Part shown: positions 44,040 through 57,752 of the stretch, one piece after another
Layout of the letters: each line of letters begins with the position of its first letter
Numbering within the stretch: the first letter of the stretch is position 1
Assembly (NCBI RefSeq): GCF_009914755.1
Contig: NC_060938.1
DNA from: the human T2T-CHM13v2.0 reference genome, Homo sapiens
Length of the DNA stretch: 64,000 bases
Direction: 5' to 3' (one strand)
The notes under the pieces: generated by a model
Databases searched by the model: none
What the model was told of the DNA's origin: nothing
The model's input: the letters and a program-made list of their open reading frames with translations, nothing else
Translations under genes and position numbers: made by a program

Positions 44040-44470
44040 AAGCCAAGCAAAGAACGCAAAGCCAAGCCAAGCGCTACAGGCCAGCCAAGCCGTTACGCAC
44101 GTGCAGTGTGCGCATGCCGACTGTTACAGACCAGCCAAGCCGTTAACGCGCGTGCAGCATGCGCGTGCAAGCCATTACAGGCCAGCCAAGCCATTACGCA
44201 CGTGCGGCATGCGCGTGCAAGCAGTTACAGGCCAGCCAAACCGTTATACGCGTCCGGCGTGCGCGCACGGCATGCACGTGCAAGCCCTTACAAGCCAGCC
44301 AAGCCACTGCCACGCGTGTGGCGTGCGCGCGCGGCGTGCGCGCGCGGCATGCACGTGCAAGCCGTTACAAGCCAGCCAAGCCACTGCCGCGCGTGCGGCG
44401 TGCGCGTGCGGCGTGCGCGTGCGGCGTGCGCGTGCGGCGTGCGCGTGCGGCGTGCGCGTGCGGCGTGCGC
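44040..44470. promoter_or_regulatory. CpG-island VNTR at the POTE proximal promoter/5'UTR: ~42-bp units plus 6 x 13-bp GCGTGCGGCGTGC
   Basis: Repeated gccagccaagcc...gcgcgtgc units; perfect 13-mer array at 44391-44468; very high CpG density just upstream of the ATG. Confidence 0.75.
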
Positions 44471-44805
44471 ATCTCTGGTGGTGTCAGTACACGTGGCACA
44501 GACAGTTGCCGATGCGTGCAACCTGCATAAGCCTTGGAACCACGAATGTCACTGACAGCCTGGTGTTTCCCGGCAAACTTCCTGGGAGTCAGCCGAGCTT
44601 TCAGGCCATTGAGAAGCCTCTGGTGAAAGAAAAAGCTTCTTGAAGCAGGACTGGGGCTAAGTGGCTGGAACTTGAGGATGCTGACAGCCTCCTCTGAAGA
44701 AAGCCCCCAGGACACTCCTGGTGGTGCTGTTGTGCATGGCCGCTGCTGCAGCTCAGAGCACCGGCTGGCGGAGCTGACTGCAAATGGCCTCAAAATCACG
44801 GAGCA

Positions 44806-45050
44806 TGTTCTCACTCACAGGTGGGAATGGAACGAGAACACACGGACACAGGAAGGGGAACATCACACACCGGGGACTGTTGTGTGGGGGGAGGGGGGAG
44901 GGATAGCATTAGGAGATATACCTAATGCTAAATGACGAGTTAATGGGTGCAGCACACCAACATGGCACATGTATACATATGTAACAAACCTGCACGTTAT
45001 GCACATGTACCCTAAAACTTAAAGTATAATAATAATAAAATTTGAAAAAA
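44806..45050 (+). mobile_element. Young, 5'-truncated L1PA (L1PA3/4-like) 3' end
   Basis: L1 3'UTR plus A-tail; 14-bp TSD aaaatca(c/t)ggagca at 44792-44805 and 45051-45064. Confidence 0.92.
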
Positions 45051-46769
45051 AAAATCATGGAGCACAAGACGCCCACTGAGCCCAGCACCTGCCTGAGGTG
45101 CCTTCGATACCTGCTCCTCTTTGCTCCACACCCAGAACACGAGGCCATCAGCGAGGGGGCATTTGGGGCCACAGGATCGCAGCCAGCTCCTGCCCCGGTG
45201 CCCCCTGCCTGTCCAAGCCAGGGCCAACATCTGTGGGGCTTCTGGCCTGGGGGGCTCTGCTCCACTGGCATGCAATAGGGTCAAGGTGCAGGCCGCTGTG
45301 TCCAGGCCAGCAAGAGGGGGCTTGGAGGAGCACCTACCACTGATGGGGAGATGCAGAAAGGCAACCCCACGTGCAGATCCTGAGAACAAGACACTGAGCC
45401 TCCCTGGTGCTGGCCTCTGAGCTGGACCAGGGCAGTGGCACCTCAATGCTCCTGCCAGGACTCTCCTGCTGCAAAGCTTTATGCAGCCAGGCTCCAGTCT
45501 GCTTCACCCACACCACAGGTGCTTTGGTGTGGGAGGAAAAATGGATTCTGAGCCTGGACACCAACCTGCTCTTACCAAAAGAAGTAGAGGAAAAGCCAAT
45601 CACAAGTGCAAAAAAAAAAAAAGGTACTATTTTGTAACTGAAATCTTGCCTGATATGCAGGGTTAAGCTAAAGCTCCTCTTGCTTGATACTAAATTAAAT
45701 TTTGAATGAAACAAAAAGAAGACACACACACTAAATTTCCTTGTTCCTCTGTGATCCCCTGAGCCAGGAAGCAAGAGAAAGCCTGGCCTCCTGGACTCTC
45801 TCCCCAGCTGGGGGGCTGAGCAATTTCCTCCAGGATCACAGGGAGCAGCTGGGCTCAGTGGGGCCACGTTGCCCTTCCTTCCTACATGGGCATCCTCAAA
45901 CCTTCCATTGCCCCATACAGAGTACCATGATCCGGGTTCAAATCCCAGCTCCGGCACTCGCCACCTGTGTCACCTGGCAAATGCCTTACCCCCAGACGCT
46001 TGCTGTCTGTGTCCTTCCTGACAGGAGGGATGGGAGCTGGTGGCCCTGGCATGAGGTGCTGTAACAGTCAAACACAAGCAGGAGCAGGTAGACACCTGGG
46101 TGGGGGACTGCCCTGCTGGGGGTGCTCACCAAAGAGTACCTACCCATCTGCCCACGTGGCCTTGCACATCTCAACACTTATCAGGCACCTGACTATGGGA
46201 AATCCCTAAACAAAGCCCTGAGCTGCCCTGGGGAATGTGACCAGGGCAATGCACCAGGAAGGACAGTCTGGGGTGCTTGGCATGAGTAAGGATAGGCTGG
46301 GGAAATGCCAACCTCTTCCCACCAGCTTTGTGTCCCAGGGCACCCTCAGTGGACAGAGAACCCAGAGATGCCACAAGGCTTGAGCTGCATCCTAACCATC
46401 CTGAGTTCCGGCCCAGCCATGGTCCAGGCCCGAAGGTACTTTGGGTGCTAAGTTGGGATGATGAGGGGCCAGGTGAGACACTCCTGTGTTCCAGGATCTG
46501 GTCAAGAAGGTGGTAGCCTGTCACTGCCTGGCTCCATCTGGTCCCAGTGGAACAAGAAGGGCAGGAAGCCTCTAGCACCCACCCTCTGGGCCACCAACAC
46601 CCAGGTCCACAGTGTGGCCACCTGACTCAGCATCACCTGCCTTGGGGACCAGAACATGAAGGCCCAGATATGACGAGCATAGTGCAGCAATGGATGCAGG
46701 TGGGCAAGATGTGATGTGTGGATCCAAGGAGCCCCTCTCTGGAGACTTGGGCATAACCTCTCCATCTTA

Positions 46770-47055
46770 CTGACACATAATATTTTACCTCTTTGTAGGG
46801 TACATACAAATACTTGTTACATGCATAAAATGTGTATTCTGGTTAATTTGAATATTTACACATAATAATATTACTTAGCCACCACAGCCTGCTGTCAAAC
46901 ATTACAGCCTATTTCTTCTAAATGTAGGTTTGTACCCAATAGCCAACTTCTCTTCATTCTCCCTTCCACATACCCAGTCTTCCCAGCCTCTGGTACTGCC
47001 ATTGTATTCTCTTTGTCCATGGGATCAAGTTTCTTTAGCTCCCACGTGAGTGAGA
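46770..47055 (-). mobile_element. L1MA-like 3' fragment
   Basis: cccagcctctggtact...gctcccacgtgagtgagaac. Confidence 0.65.
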
Positions 47056-47094
47056 ACCTACACAACTCCAGAATCGTTATTAAAATCAGGAATT

Positions 47095-47385
47095 ATTGTT
47101 ATTATTTTTTGAGACGGGCTGTCACCCAGGCTGGAATGCAGTGGTGCAATCTTGTCTAACTGCAGCCTCAACCTCCCAGGTTCAAGCAATCCTCCCACCT
47201 CAGCCTTCTGAGTAGCTGGGACTACAGGGGCGTGCTACCATGACTGGCCAAGTTCTGTATTTTTGGTAGAGATAAGGGGTCTCACCATGTTGCCCAGGCT
47301 GGTCTCCCACTCCCAGTCTCAAGTGATCCTCCTGCCTCAGGCTCCCAAAGTGCTAGGATTACAGGCCTGAGCCACCATACCTGGC
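47095..47385 (-). mobile_element. AluJ
   Basis: Antisense Alu. Confidence 0.9.
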
Positions 47386-47757
47386 CTGATCCCAGTTTTA
47401 GAAAAACTCTGTAACTAAATTTAGATGAAAATATATGAATCTGTCCAGTGATTGCTTTCACATTTTCTAAACTGTGCTTTTTTTATATCATCGAGAATCT
47501 TCCATAAATGTACTTTGGTTTGAAATATTTTCTTGAAGTCAGACATATTTAGCTGTGACGTGGAACAGTTCTTCTCACAGCATCCCCTCCCTGCAAACTG
47601 CAGGTCCTGAGGTCAGTGGCCCTTGACTCTATGGACTCTATGTTCTTCCCTGGATCCAGACCCTAACTCAGGGGACAGCGGCACCGCCTCCTGCCCGGCT
47701 CTCGGCTGCCTGCACTGCTCGTCATGGTGACAGGATGGCCTGCCCCAGATGAGTGTC

Positions 47758-47799
47758 AGTGTGTGTGTGTGTGTGCGTGTGTGTGTGTGTGTGTGTGTG
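47758..47799. repeat. (TG)n microsatellite
   Basis: Directly visible. Confidence 0.97.
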
Positions 47800-50700
47800 C
47801 TTTTGCTGCATTTCTTCTGTCTTGCTTTTGTCATCTCTCTTTCTCCCTTTCCTCCCTGAGGCCTGCACAGGGCAGCTGTGCTATCCACTTCTGAATGTGG
47901 GGTAAGCTGTGGCCCAGGCCTGGGTGCCTGCTGGGACCTCCCAGGAGATGTGTGGGAGCAGACACCAGGTGGGCTCAGACACTCTAATGGGCACTTGTGC
48001 CTTGTTCTGTCCCTGTCATTTGAGGCTATTTTGGCCAATGGGAAAGCAGACCCCTCTGGCAGAAAAAGGTCCACTTTGACTCAGGCTGGGGTGGTAACTC
48101 TGCCTGCAGGTTGGACCTGTGGGTCTCATCGTGAACCCCCATGGGTGACTGGCACTGGGAGAAGTAGAGGACGTGTGGGTTCTGCCTGCTGTCTTCACGT
48201 GTGGAGACAGGGTCCTGCCAACCGGTCTCCTGGAGGGGGCGTTGCCTCCTGTGGGTGCCATGTGTGCCAGAATCCAAGCATGGGTGTACACAGGGGCTGA
48301 GCCCACTCACAACCCAGGACAAAGTTGCTTGGCTGTTTTGGGGCTGGGAGATCTCGAAAAGCCTACCAAACCCAGCATCATCAGTGGCTCTCCCACACTC
48401 AATGCCTTGGTCTTTCTGCTTTTTTGGCCGTCACATTGGCACATTTCTTGGTGCCACCAAAACAACTCAAAATAATCTTTTCAGTCATGCCTGAATAACA
48501 TAACCGGCTTCAGGTTTCCTGAAAACAGAGAAAGTGAAAATCCAGAAAAAATGGCTGTTTTCTTCCTCTCACGGTCCAGCCTGTCTTCAACCACAGGACT
48601 CCACGCTGGCCTGGGGTCTGAGTCTCCTGCATTAGTCACTGTCTAGCTTTGACCAAAACCATGAGCAACTGAAGCAGAATATGAACGTGGAAAATGTTCT
48701 GGGTTGTCCCCATGTTGGGAAATTATTGTCCAACAAATGAGTAGCTGTCCAAAGCACTGCAAGACAACTAGTGTGCCTCGGAGCTTGTCAGAGGAAGCGT
48801 TCAAGAGTGCTTTCTCTGTCTCATTCAGCAAGTCTCACTTCCTTTTTATGTTCTAAATCAGAATGTTCTAAATCAGAACATAGAATCACGGGCCAGGCTT
48901 GCAAGAAGCAAACATTAACTTCTATCGACATGTACTTAGCCAGGGCTCATTTGAATGGCCATATGCAGCAGCAAAGAGGCTGGAAAGGAGTGTAATGGTG
49001 TGACTAGTGGAAAGAGGAGACACGTTTGTTGTTCTTCACCCCATGTATACTAAGGATGTTTTTAGAAAAAAAAATTTTTTTTTTGCTCAAGCACAGTTTA
49101 TGCAACAAAATGTGATTCAGAATCTAATTTCACAAAATAAATCCAGAGGAGAGACTTGAGGGAAAAGGGCAAAGATGTAACTCAATAAAGTCCATAGCAT
49201 CACAGAATAGGATGATGGTGATGGTTTCTAACCTTGAGAATGTCTAAGTGGGTTCTTCAGTTTCTAAAATTTATTTATCTGTTCTTGAACCCAAGAAATC
49301 AGAATAGATCGTAACAGAAAAAAAATGACCTAGCTTTCACCTAGACAAGTTAGAAAATGCAGAAGTAGCCTGGCAGAAGTACAACCATCTGACCTTTGAC
49401 AAAACCACAGAAATAAGAAAGAAAAGGCTCACTATGCGATGAATGGCACTGGGATACATGACTAGCCATGTGCAGGACAATTAACACTGCAGCCCTGCTT
49501 GTCATCATATGGAAAATTAACTCAAGATGAACCAAAGACTGAAATAGAAGACTTCAAATATAAAAGTCCTAACAGACAACCTATTAAACACCTTTCTCAA
49601 CATAGGCTTTTGCAAACCACTTAAGACAATTTAGTACCCAAAAGAAATGCAAGAAAAAACAAAAAGTACAAGTCTGGCCTAAGAAACTACGGACCTGCTG
49701 CACAGCAAAGCAATTGCCAACACAGTAAACACATAGCCTACATGATGGGAGAAAATGTTCCCAAACCAAGCATCTGACCAAGTTCTAACAGCCAGAATCT
49801 AGAGGACCTTACCTAAATCAAGAAGCAGAAAAATAACACAAGTAAAAAATGGGCAAATGATACAAACACACTAGTCAAAACAAGACCTAAAAAAGACCAA
49901 CAGACACGAGAAAATGCTCAACATCACTAATCATCAGAGATGAGGTACCAGTGCCATCACACACCAGTCAGAATGGCCATTTGTCCAAACACAAAACATA
50001 TTTGTGTAGCAGTACATAAAAGCGAAAACAGCTACACTCTTGGGGTAATGCAAACTAGGTCTCACACTGCGGAGAGCAGTTTCAAGATTCCTCAACAACA
50101 ACAACAAAGAGGGAAAGGAAGCAGAGCTACCCTTCTACCCAGCAATCCAACCCTGTGTATCTACCCCAGGGAAAAATACATGTGTCTATCAAAAAGACAC
50201 ACACATTTGCATGTTCATGGGAGTGCTACTCACAGGAATAAAGACGTGGACCTGACCTAGATGCCCACCAACAGAAAATCAGGTGTTTTTAAATGTGATA
50301 CCTATACACCACAGAATACTAAGAAGCCACCAAGGAAAATCAAACACAGAAACAAAATCATGCCCTCAGCAGCAACATAGATAGAACTGCAGGCCACTCT
50401 GCTAAGCGAACTCAGGCAAGAACAAAAGACCAAACACCACAGATTTTCACTTACAGGCAGAAACTCAACACTGAACACACACGAACATAAAGATGAAATC
50501 AACAGACGTTGGGTACTACCAGACAGAAAAAGGAGGGAGACAGGAAGCCTTGGAGGAAGAATGATCCAACTGGTGCTGTGTTCACTGCCTGGGTGACGGG
50601 TAAGTTGGGACCTCAAGCATCAAAAGTCTGCTGTATAGCCATGTAGTGAAATGAACCTGCAGGCATACACCCCTCCATCACAATAAAAGTAGCTATCATT

Positions 50701-51846
50701 TTAGAAAACCCAGCTTTGGAAATGGAAATGGAAAAAAAGGAAAAAAATACAAGAAAACACACAAAACAAAAGAAAAAGCCTACAGTGGCCCAATCCATCC
50801 ATTAGTGGCATGAACACAGAAAGATAACCGAATGGACACAACAAAGGAGCCAAATAATCAACCCACAATTATAAACACTGAACCCATGGGATTCTTGCTT
50901 TTCCCCCAAAAGCACACCAAAGGCACAATGGTTGAACAAACTGGGGGGTTCATGTGCAAAGGACTGAAATAAACCCTTCTCTTACACAAGACACAAAAAA
51001 TGACACAAAATCCACTGAACACCAAAGAGCAATTGTGAAACCAAAACCTCCAAGGAAAACACATAGGGTGTGTGTCTACTGTGGGGAAACTTGAACCTGT
51101 GAACCTAAGCTACAAACAGAAAACACATAGGAATCAACTACCCGTAGACCATACAATGGCTTTGCCATCTCGCTTTACTTCTCAAAGGGACACAGAAATC
51201 ACCGCTAACAAAAGCTCATGTGACCACGTGAGACTAAGGACAACTTCAGAGCTTCACACAGCTTCAACACTGGAGAGAAAACAGTGAACCCAACAGAAGA
51301 CATCCCACAGACTGGGAGAAAATTATGGAAAACTGTGGATCTGGAAGGGCTTCTTATCTAACATATTCAAGAAACTAATGGTCCTAAGTGGAAAAAATCA
51401 TAAAAAACAATACATACACTAAAAATGCCCAAAGGACTGGCATAGGCATTTCTGAAAAGACCTGAAACAGACTTGCAGGTAACAGAAGTTTCTCCACATC
51501 AGTAATCATCCCCTAAATGTAAATCCCAACCACACTCAGATACTGCCAAACTCCCCAGAGAACGAGTATGACCAGGAACAGCAATAAAACTTTTTGAAGA
51601 TAAGGGCAGTGTAGATTTGCAGACAGAGAAACTCTCACACACTATTGGTAGGAATGCAAATTTGTATATCCACTGGGAGAGACAGCAGGAGGTTTCTGAA
51701 ACGACAATACAACTACCAGTTCCTCTAGCCATCCCAACATTGGGTATACCGGCAAAGCCAAGGAAACTTGAAACTTAAGGAGATATTTGCCTTCCCATGT
51801 TTGATGAAGTACTCTGGACAATAACCAGGGTATAGAGGTAATCTAC

Positions 51847-51958
51847 CTGTCCATCCATGGAGGAAGAAATGCAGGAAATGAAGGACGCAAGCACAATGGT
51901 ATACTCCTCAGCCATCAAACTTCTGGATATCAGGTCACTTCCAGCAAGGTGGAGAAAC
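51847..51958 (-). other. Candidate L1-derived upstream exon D of POTE (112 nt)
   Basis: gtccttcag|GTTTCT acceptor; GGACAG|gtagat donor. Confidence 0.6.
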
Positions 51959-52445
51959 CTGAAGGACATTAAGTTAAAGGAAATGAGCCAGGCACAGGAG
52001 GACAAACACAAACACAGCACAATCTCACGCACGTGGAATCTAACGAAGTGAATCTCATAGAGGAGCAACGTCAGCAGTGCGTACCAGAGGCTGAGGGGAG
52101 GCTTGGAAACAGCTACAAAGTGACACTCAGATGAATGGCAAGAATTCTGGTGTTCTACGGCTTAGCAGGGTGACTAGGCTTAACAATACCCTAGCATGAT
52201 ATTCGATATAGCGTGAAGGGGTGATCGGGGTACGCTCTCCACCAAGAAATCCTCACTGTAGCCTGAAACAAAGATGCGAGTTCCTGTAATCTGATCACAA
52301 CAGCACTGATCCATATGTCAAACGGTCCCTTGCACCCTTAAAGTAAAAGCATAGACCATGTGAAATTTTTGTTTTCAAATAGGATCACATCACATTTCTG
52401 AAAGTCCTGTGGGACAACGAAGTGCCCCGCACTCCCAAAGCAGCT

Positions 52446-52831
52446 CCTACACACATAAAGTCGGTGGAGCGCCATTACACTCTTCCACTTTAAACTACTT
52501 CCCAAAGCTTTAGTTACCCAGATTCCTACACACACAAAGTCAGTGGACCATCACACTCTTCCACTTTAAACTACTTCCCAAAGCTTTAGTTACCCAGATT
52601 CCTACACACATAAAGTCAGTGGAGCGCCATCACACTCTTCCACTTTAAACTACTTCCCAAAGCTTTAGTTACCCAGATTCCTACACATACAAAGTCAGTG
52701 GACCATCACACTCTTCCACTTTAACCTACTTCCCAAAGCTTTAGTTACCCAGATTCTTACACACACAAAGTCGGTGGAGCCATCACACTCTTCCACTTTA
52801 AACTACTTCCCAAAACTTTAGTTACCCAGAT
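52446..52831. repeat. Minisatellite, 5 copies alternating 79/76 bp
   Basis: Unit starts at 52446, 52525, 52601, 52680, 52756. Confidence 0.95.
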
Positions 52832-53955
52832 GATTTGTGATAGGCATTAGCAGAGAAACACAGGCCAACGGACACAATGAGGATGCCCAGGAGTAAATTC
52901 AAATTGATATAGCGTAAGCACATGTTTAGAAAGAACCGCAAAAGTCACCACAGGAATGGAGAGTCTGTCCAATACAGCGTTCTGAGAACTGGATATCCCT
53001 AGGCAAAATAACAACATAGGGTCCTTATTGTGTGAAATTCACAACCATCTATTCAACATGAATGAAAGACCTATACCCAAAACTTGAAACTATCACTCTC
53101 TGAGAAGAAAGTATATGGTGTGCAGATACCTGGGTCAACCTGGATCTATGCTTACAGTTTGCAAAAACGAAAACGAAAAAATATGGGGGAAAGAAAAGAA
53201 TACAAACAACAAACAAGCAAAACTCACAACAGATTCGTATGCTAGTGAATTTCCTTTATTTCATCAGTAACCAACGTAGTGGAAAACCACAACACTGCAC
53301 ACCCCTGAATACGCATCAGACTCATCAGACTATATGGCTTGGGGGCAAGAAAGAACGAAAACAATGAATGAAAAGAAACAAACATCCAAAGGATGATAAG
53401 AAAGATATCAGGGAAAACACAGCTAAGGAGACTTTTGGAAAAGGTGTAAGTAACTAACACTACTAACTAGCAGAAAACAGCAGAAAAGAGAAGGTAATTA
53501 GCAAACCAAAATTGGGCAAAGAAACCAAAGAGTCTTTTCTGCAAAGAACACACAACACTGAAAACAAATGTACTTGTTAACACCTAGTTAGTATCACTAA
53601 TCATAAGAAAAATGAAAATCAGAACAAGACTCAGATATGGTGTCCCTCTCAAAGGAAAGAGTATTACAAAGAACTTCATATATATTAAAAGAAGGGAAAC
53701 CACAAATGCTGCTGTGAATTTCCAGAGAGGGGAGCTCTCTTATCCACAACTGTTGGCAAGGTAAATTAGTACGCACACTACAGAGGCCACCTGGAGGCTC
53801 CTCTTAAAACTAAAAATACAACGACCATTTCACCGAGCCACGCTACCGCAGGGTGTGCACTGGAATCATATGTCACCAGTACACAGAAGACACATCTGCC
53901 TTCCCATGCTGACTCTGGAACCAGTCGCAATAGCCAAGATAAGGAATCAACCTAC

Positions 53956-54068
53956 CTGTCCACCTGCAGAGGATGAGATCCAGAAACCGCAATATCCATT
54001 CACAAACAAACACTTTTCAGCCATACACAGGTACTGAAATCACGTCATCTGTGGCAACACTGTGGAAC
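53956..54068 (-). other. Candidate L1-derived upstream exon C of POTE (113 nt)
   Basis: gtcctccag|GTTCCA acceptor; GGACAG|gtaggt donor. Confidence 0.6.
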
Positions 54069-55807
54069 CTGGAGGACATTATGTTAAATGTCTGTCACTA
54101 GGCAGAGAAAGACAAACCTCACATTACCTCAGTCATGGGGAATCTAAGACCCTTTAATCTCACATAGACCTACAAAGCACCATAGTGCTTGCCAGGGTTG
54201 GAACAGAAGGCTGGGCATGGGTGGGGACAGGAAACAGGTACAAAGTGACACATTGCATAAGAGAAATGAAACCTGCTGTTCTATTCCTCAGCAGGGTGAC
54301 TAGAGAAAACTTTACCAGAGGATAGTTTTCAAGACAGCCAGAAAGAAGGGTTCTGGCTCTCCTCAACTCAAAGACAGGAACACTCTACAAGGCAAAAAAC
54401 GACACTATATACCCTGATTTCATCACTATGTGATGCATGCATGGATCCAAATATTCCACTCTACCCCCTACCTGTACACCTTTAGGATGGGGTCGATTTT
54501 GTTTTTTGAAAGCAATGTGAAGAAACAATGAATGCTAAAATTCCCATGGGACCACAAAATGCTCTGAAACTCCAAAGCCAGGCTGGGAGATTCAGACGAT
54601 GTCAGATGGACCACACTCTCCAATTTCAAATTTCACAGAAAAGCTACAGACCCACCTCCACCTAGACAGAATAGGAAACCCAGAAGCAACCCCACATACC
54701 CACAACCATCTGACCTTTGAAACACCAAAATTCAGATGTGGAAAGGGCTCACTGTGCAATGAATGGCACTGGGATAGTGTCTAGCCACTTGCAGATGAAC
54801 AGCACTACAGCCTTACCTCTCACAAGATGCAAAAACTAACTCAAGGTGAATGAAAGATTTCAGCAGAAGACTACAAACTATACAAGTCCTACAAGAAAAA
54901 CTAGGAAAGACCTTTCTCAACACGGGCTTTGGTAAAGAATTTAAATAACTTAGTCCCTAAGAGCAACGGCAAGAAAAACCAAAATGGACAAGTTGGGCCT
55001 AAGAAACTAAAACACTGCCAGACAGCAAAATAAATCACCAGCACAGTAAAAACATAGCCTACAGGATGGGAGAAAATGTTCCCAAACTATGCTTCTGACC
55101 AAGACCTAATAGCCAGACTCTAACGTGACCTTAAAAAAATCAAGAGGCAGAAAAACAAATAACCCAATCAAACAATGGGTACAAGACATGAAGACGTTCT
55201 TGTAAAAATAAGATGTACAAGTGACCAATAGACAAAAAAAACCCTCAACATCACTCATCATCAGAGAAATGCAACTCACACACACACTGAGATACCATCT
55301 CCCGTCGGTCAGAATGGCCATTTGTCCAAAGTCCAACATTTACATGCTGACAAGGCAGCGGAGGAAAGCAAACACTGCTACACTCTTGGAGGGAATAAAA
55401 ACTAGTGCTCACACTATGAGAAGCGGTTTGGAGGTTCCTCAAAAAACTTAACAACTACCATCCAAATGAGCAATCGCATAACTGGGTATCTAGACAGAGG
55501 AAACTAAATCATAAACCCTTCTTTCAAAATGACACAGACATGGGTATGTTCTTGGTAGTGCTATTCACAAGAAAAAATAAAATAAAATTGACCTATGTTC
55601 CCTTTAACAGTTGATTCGATGTTTTAAAGTGTTGTATATAGATACTGCAAAATCCTACACAGCTTAAACAAATTCATGCTCTCGGCAGCAAGAAGGATGA
55701 ACCTGCAGGCCACTATGCTAAGCAAACTAAGGAAAGAACAGAAAACCAAATACCACATGTTCTCACTTAGGGGGAAAATACCCATAGAAAATACAATGAC
55801 TTTGCCA

Positions 55808-55851
55808 TCTCTTTCTCTCTCACTTTCTCTCTCTCTCTCTCTCTCTCTCTC
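55808..55851. repeat. (TC)n microsatellite
   Basis: Directly visible. Confidence 0.95.
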
Positions 55852-56486
55852 ATGAGACACAGAAATCCATGCTGACAAAAGCAAATATAAACCTGTGAGA
55901 CCAACAATTTAGAGCTTCCGCATGTGGGAGAAAACAATGACCCCAAAGAGAAAGCATCCTACCTTGGCGGAAAGGATGATTGGGGGAAAACTGTGGAAAA
56001 TCATAATTTTGGAAGGGGTTGTTATCTAACATATTCAAGCACTAAAGCTACTAAGTGGGGAAAAGATTAAAAAAAAAATACACGAGCTAAAAATATGCAA
56101 AGGATATACACAACCACCTCTGCAAAGGACATGAAACTGATTCACAGGTGAAACAGAAGTTTCTCCACATCACTAATCACTCCAAACATGTAAGTCAGAA
56201 TCACACTCCGATATCAGATACCATCAAACTCCACTGAGAATGAATATTACCCAAACAGCAATAAAAATTTTGGACGGCAGCAACCAGTGTAGGCTTACAG
56301 AAAGGGAAACTCATATATGCTATTGATGTCGATGTAAATTGGTGAACATACTGTGAAAAAAACTTGGGAGCTTCTCATACTGGGTATGCATTTAAAGCAA
56401 AGGCAACTGGTACCATAAAAAATTATCTGCCTTCCCATGTTTTATGAAGCGCTATTCACAATATAGAAGATATGGAATGAACCTAC

Positions 56487-56600
56487 CTATCCAACCACAC
56501 ATCAAGAGATGAAGACACTGCAGTGTATCTGCACAATGCAATAATACTCTTCATCCTTAACAAAATAATGTAATTTTCATTTGGAGCCATATGGATGAAC
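56487..56600 (-). other. Candidate L1-derived upstream exon B of POTE (114 nt)
   Basis: attttccag|GTTCAT acceptor; GGATAG|gtaggt donor. Confidence 0.6.
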
Positions 56601-57462
56601 CTGGAAAATATATTGTTAAATAAAATAAGCCTGGCATAGAAAAACAAGCAAATTCATCTCACTTATATGGAATCCAAAAAACTTTGCCTTCAATAAGTAC
56701 AAGGTACAGTAGTGGTTTTCCGAAGACAGGGGAAGGAGGAGATGGAAGGATTGGTTATGGAAACAAAGTTGCAGTTAGTTGGGACAAACACATTCTTGCA
56801 TTCTATACCACAGCTGGGTGACTCTGGTTAACAAAATAGTACATTTTTCAATAAAGCTAGAAGGGAGCAATTTGAGTGTTATCACAACAGAGAAATAATA
56901 CCTGTATGAGAACAGATACAGCAAGTACCCTGATTTGATCATTACTAAAAATATACATGTACCAAAATGTCCCAGAGGAAAAACAGTCCCAGCATACTCT
57001 CTAATTATATACTTTATTACGCACAGAAATTTAAGAAATGTGAATACGCAATGCTAATGATCACATGGAAATGGCCCTGAATGTCTAAGGAATCCTGAGA
57101 AATAGAAACTAAGTTGGAGGACTCACAATCCCTGATATGCCGCAGTGCTCCAGCCTGGGTAAGAGAATGAGACTCTGTGTCAAAAAAAAATTGTTAGAAA
57201 ATTTGAGGGAATCATAGAAGTGATAAATTGTTGTTACCAAACATGTACACAGAAAAAAGCAATACTAAGTAGCATAAAAATACATATCTGAACTCATATT
57301 GAGCAAAAAACTTGAATAGAGTTATCTGCAAAGATGACATAAAACTAACAGGTAAGAGAAAAGGTCCTCAACATCACTGTTCATCAAAAAAAAGTACTTC
57401 AAAACCACACTCAGATGTCATTTCACTCTTATTGAAATGAATGTTACTAAAAAGATCAAAAA

Positions 57463-57752
57463 AATTTTTTTGAGACAGGGACTCTGTCACTCAGGCTGGA
57501 GTGCAGTGGCATGATCATGGCTCACTGCAGCCTTGACCTCTCCGGCACAAGTGATCCTCCCACCTCTGCCTCCTGAATAGCTGGAACTACAGGCACACAC
57601 CACCACGCCTGGCTAATTTTTTTGTATTTTTTTGTAGAAATGAAGTTTTGCCACGTTGCCTAGGCTGGTCTCAAATTGTTTGGCTCAAGTGATCTGCCCA
57701 CCTTGGCCTCCCAAAGTGCTTGGATTACAGGCATGAACCATCACGCCTGGCC
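57463..57752 (-). mobile_element. AluJ
   Basis: Antisense Alu. Confidence 0.9.

Noticed and set aside
45065-48990. GC-rich unique or ERV-like sequence as a named pseudogene
   Set aside because: No recognisable protein or repeat family; left unassigned pending a BLAST/Dfam search
52446-52831. CRISPR-like array
   Set aside because: Primate DNA; head-to-tail units without unique spacers
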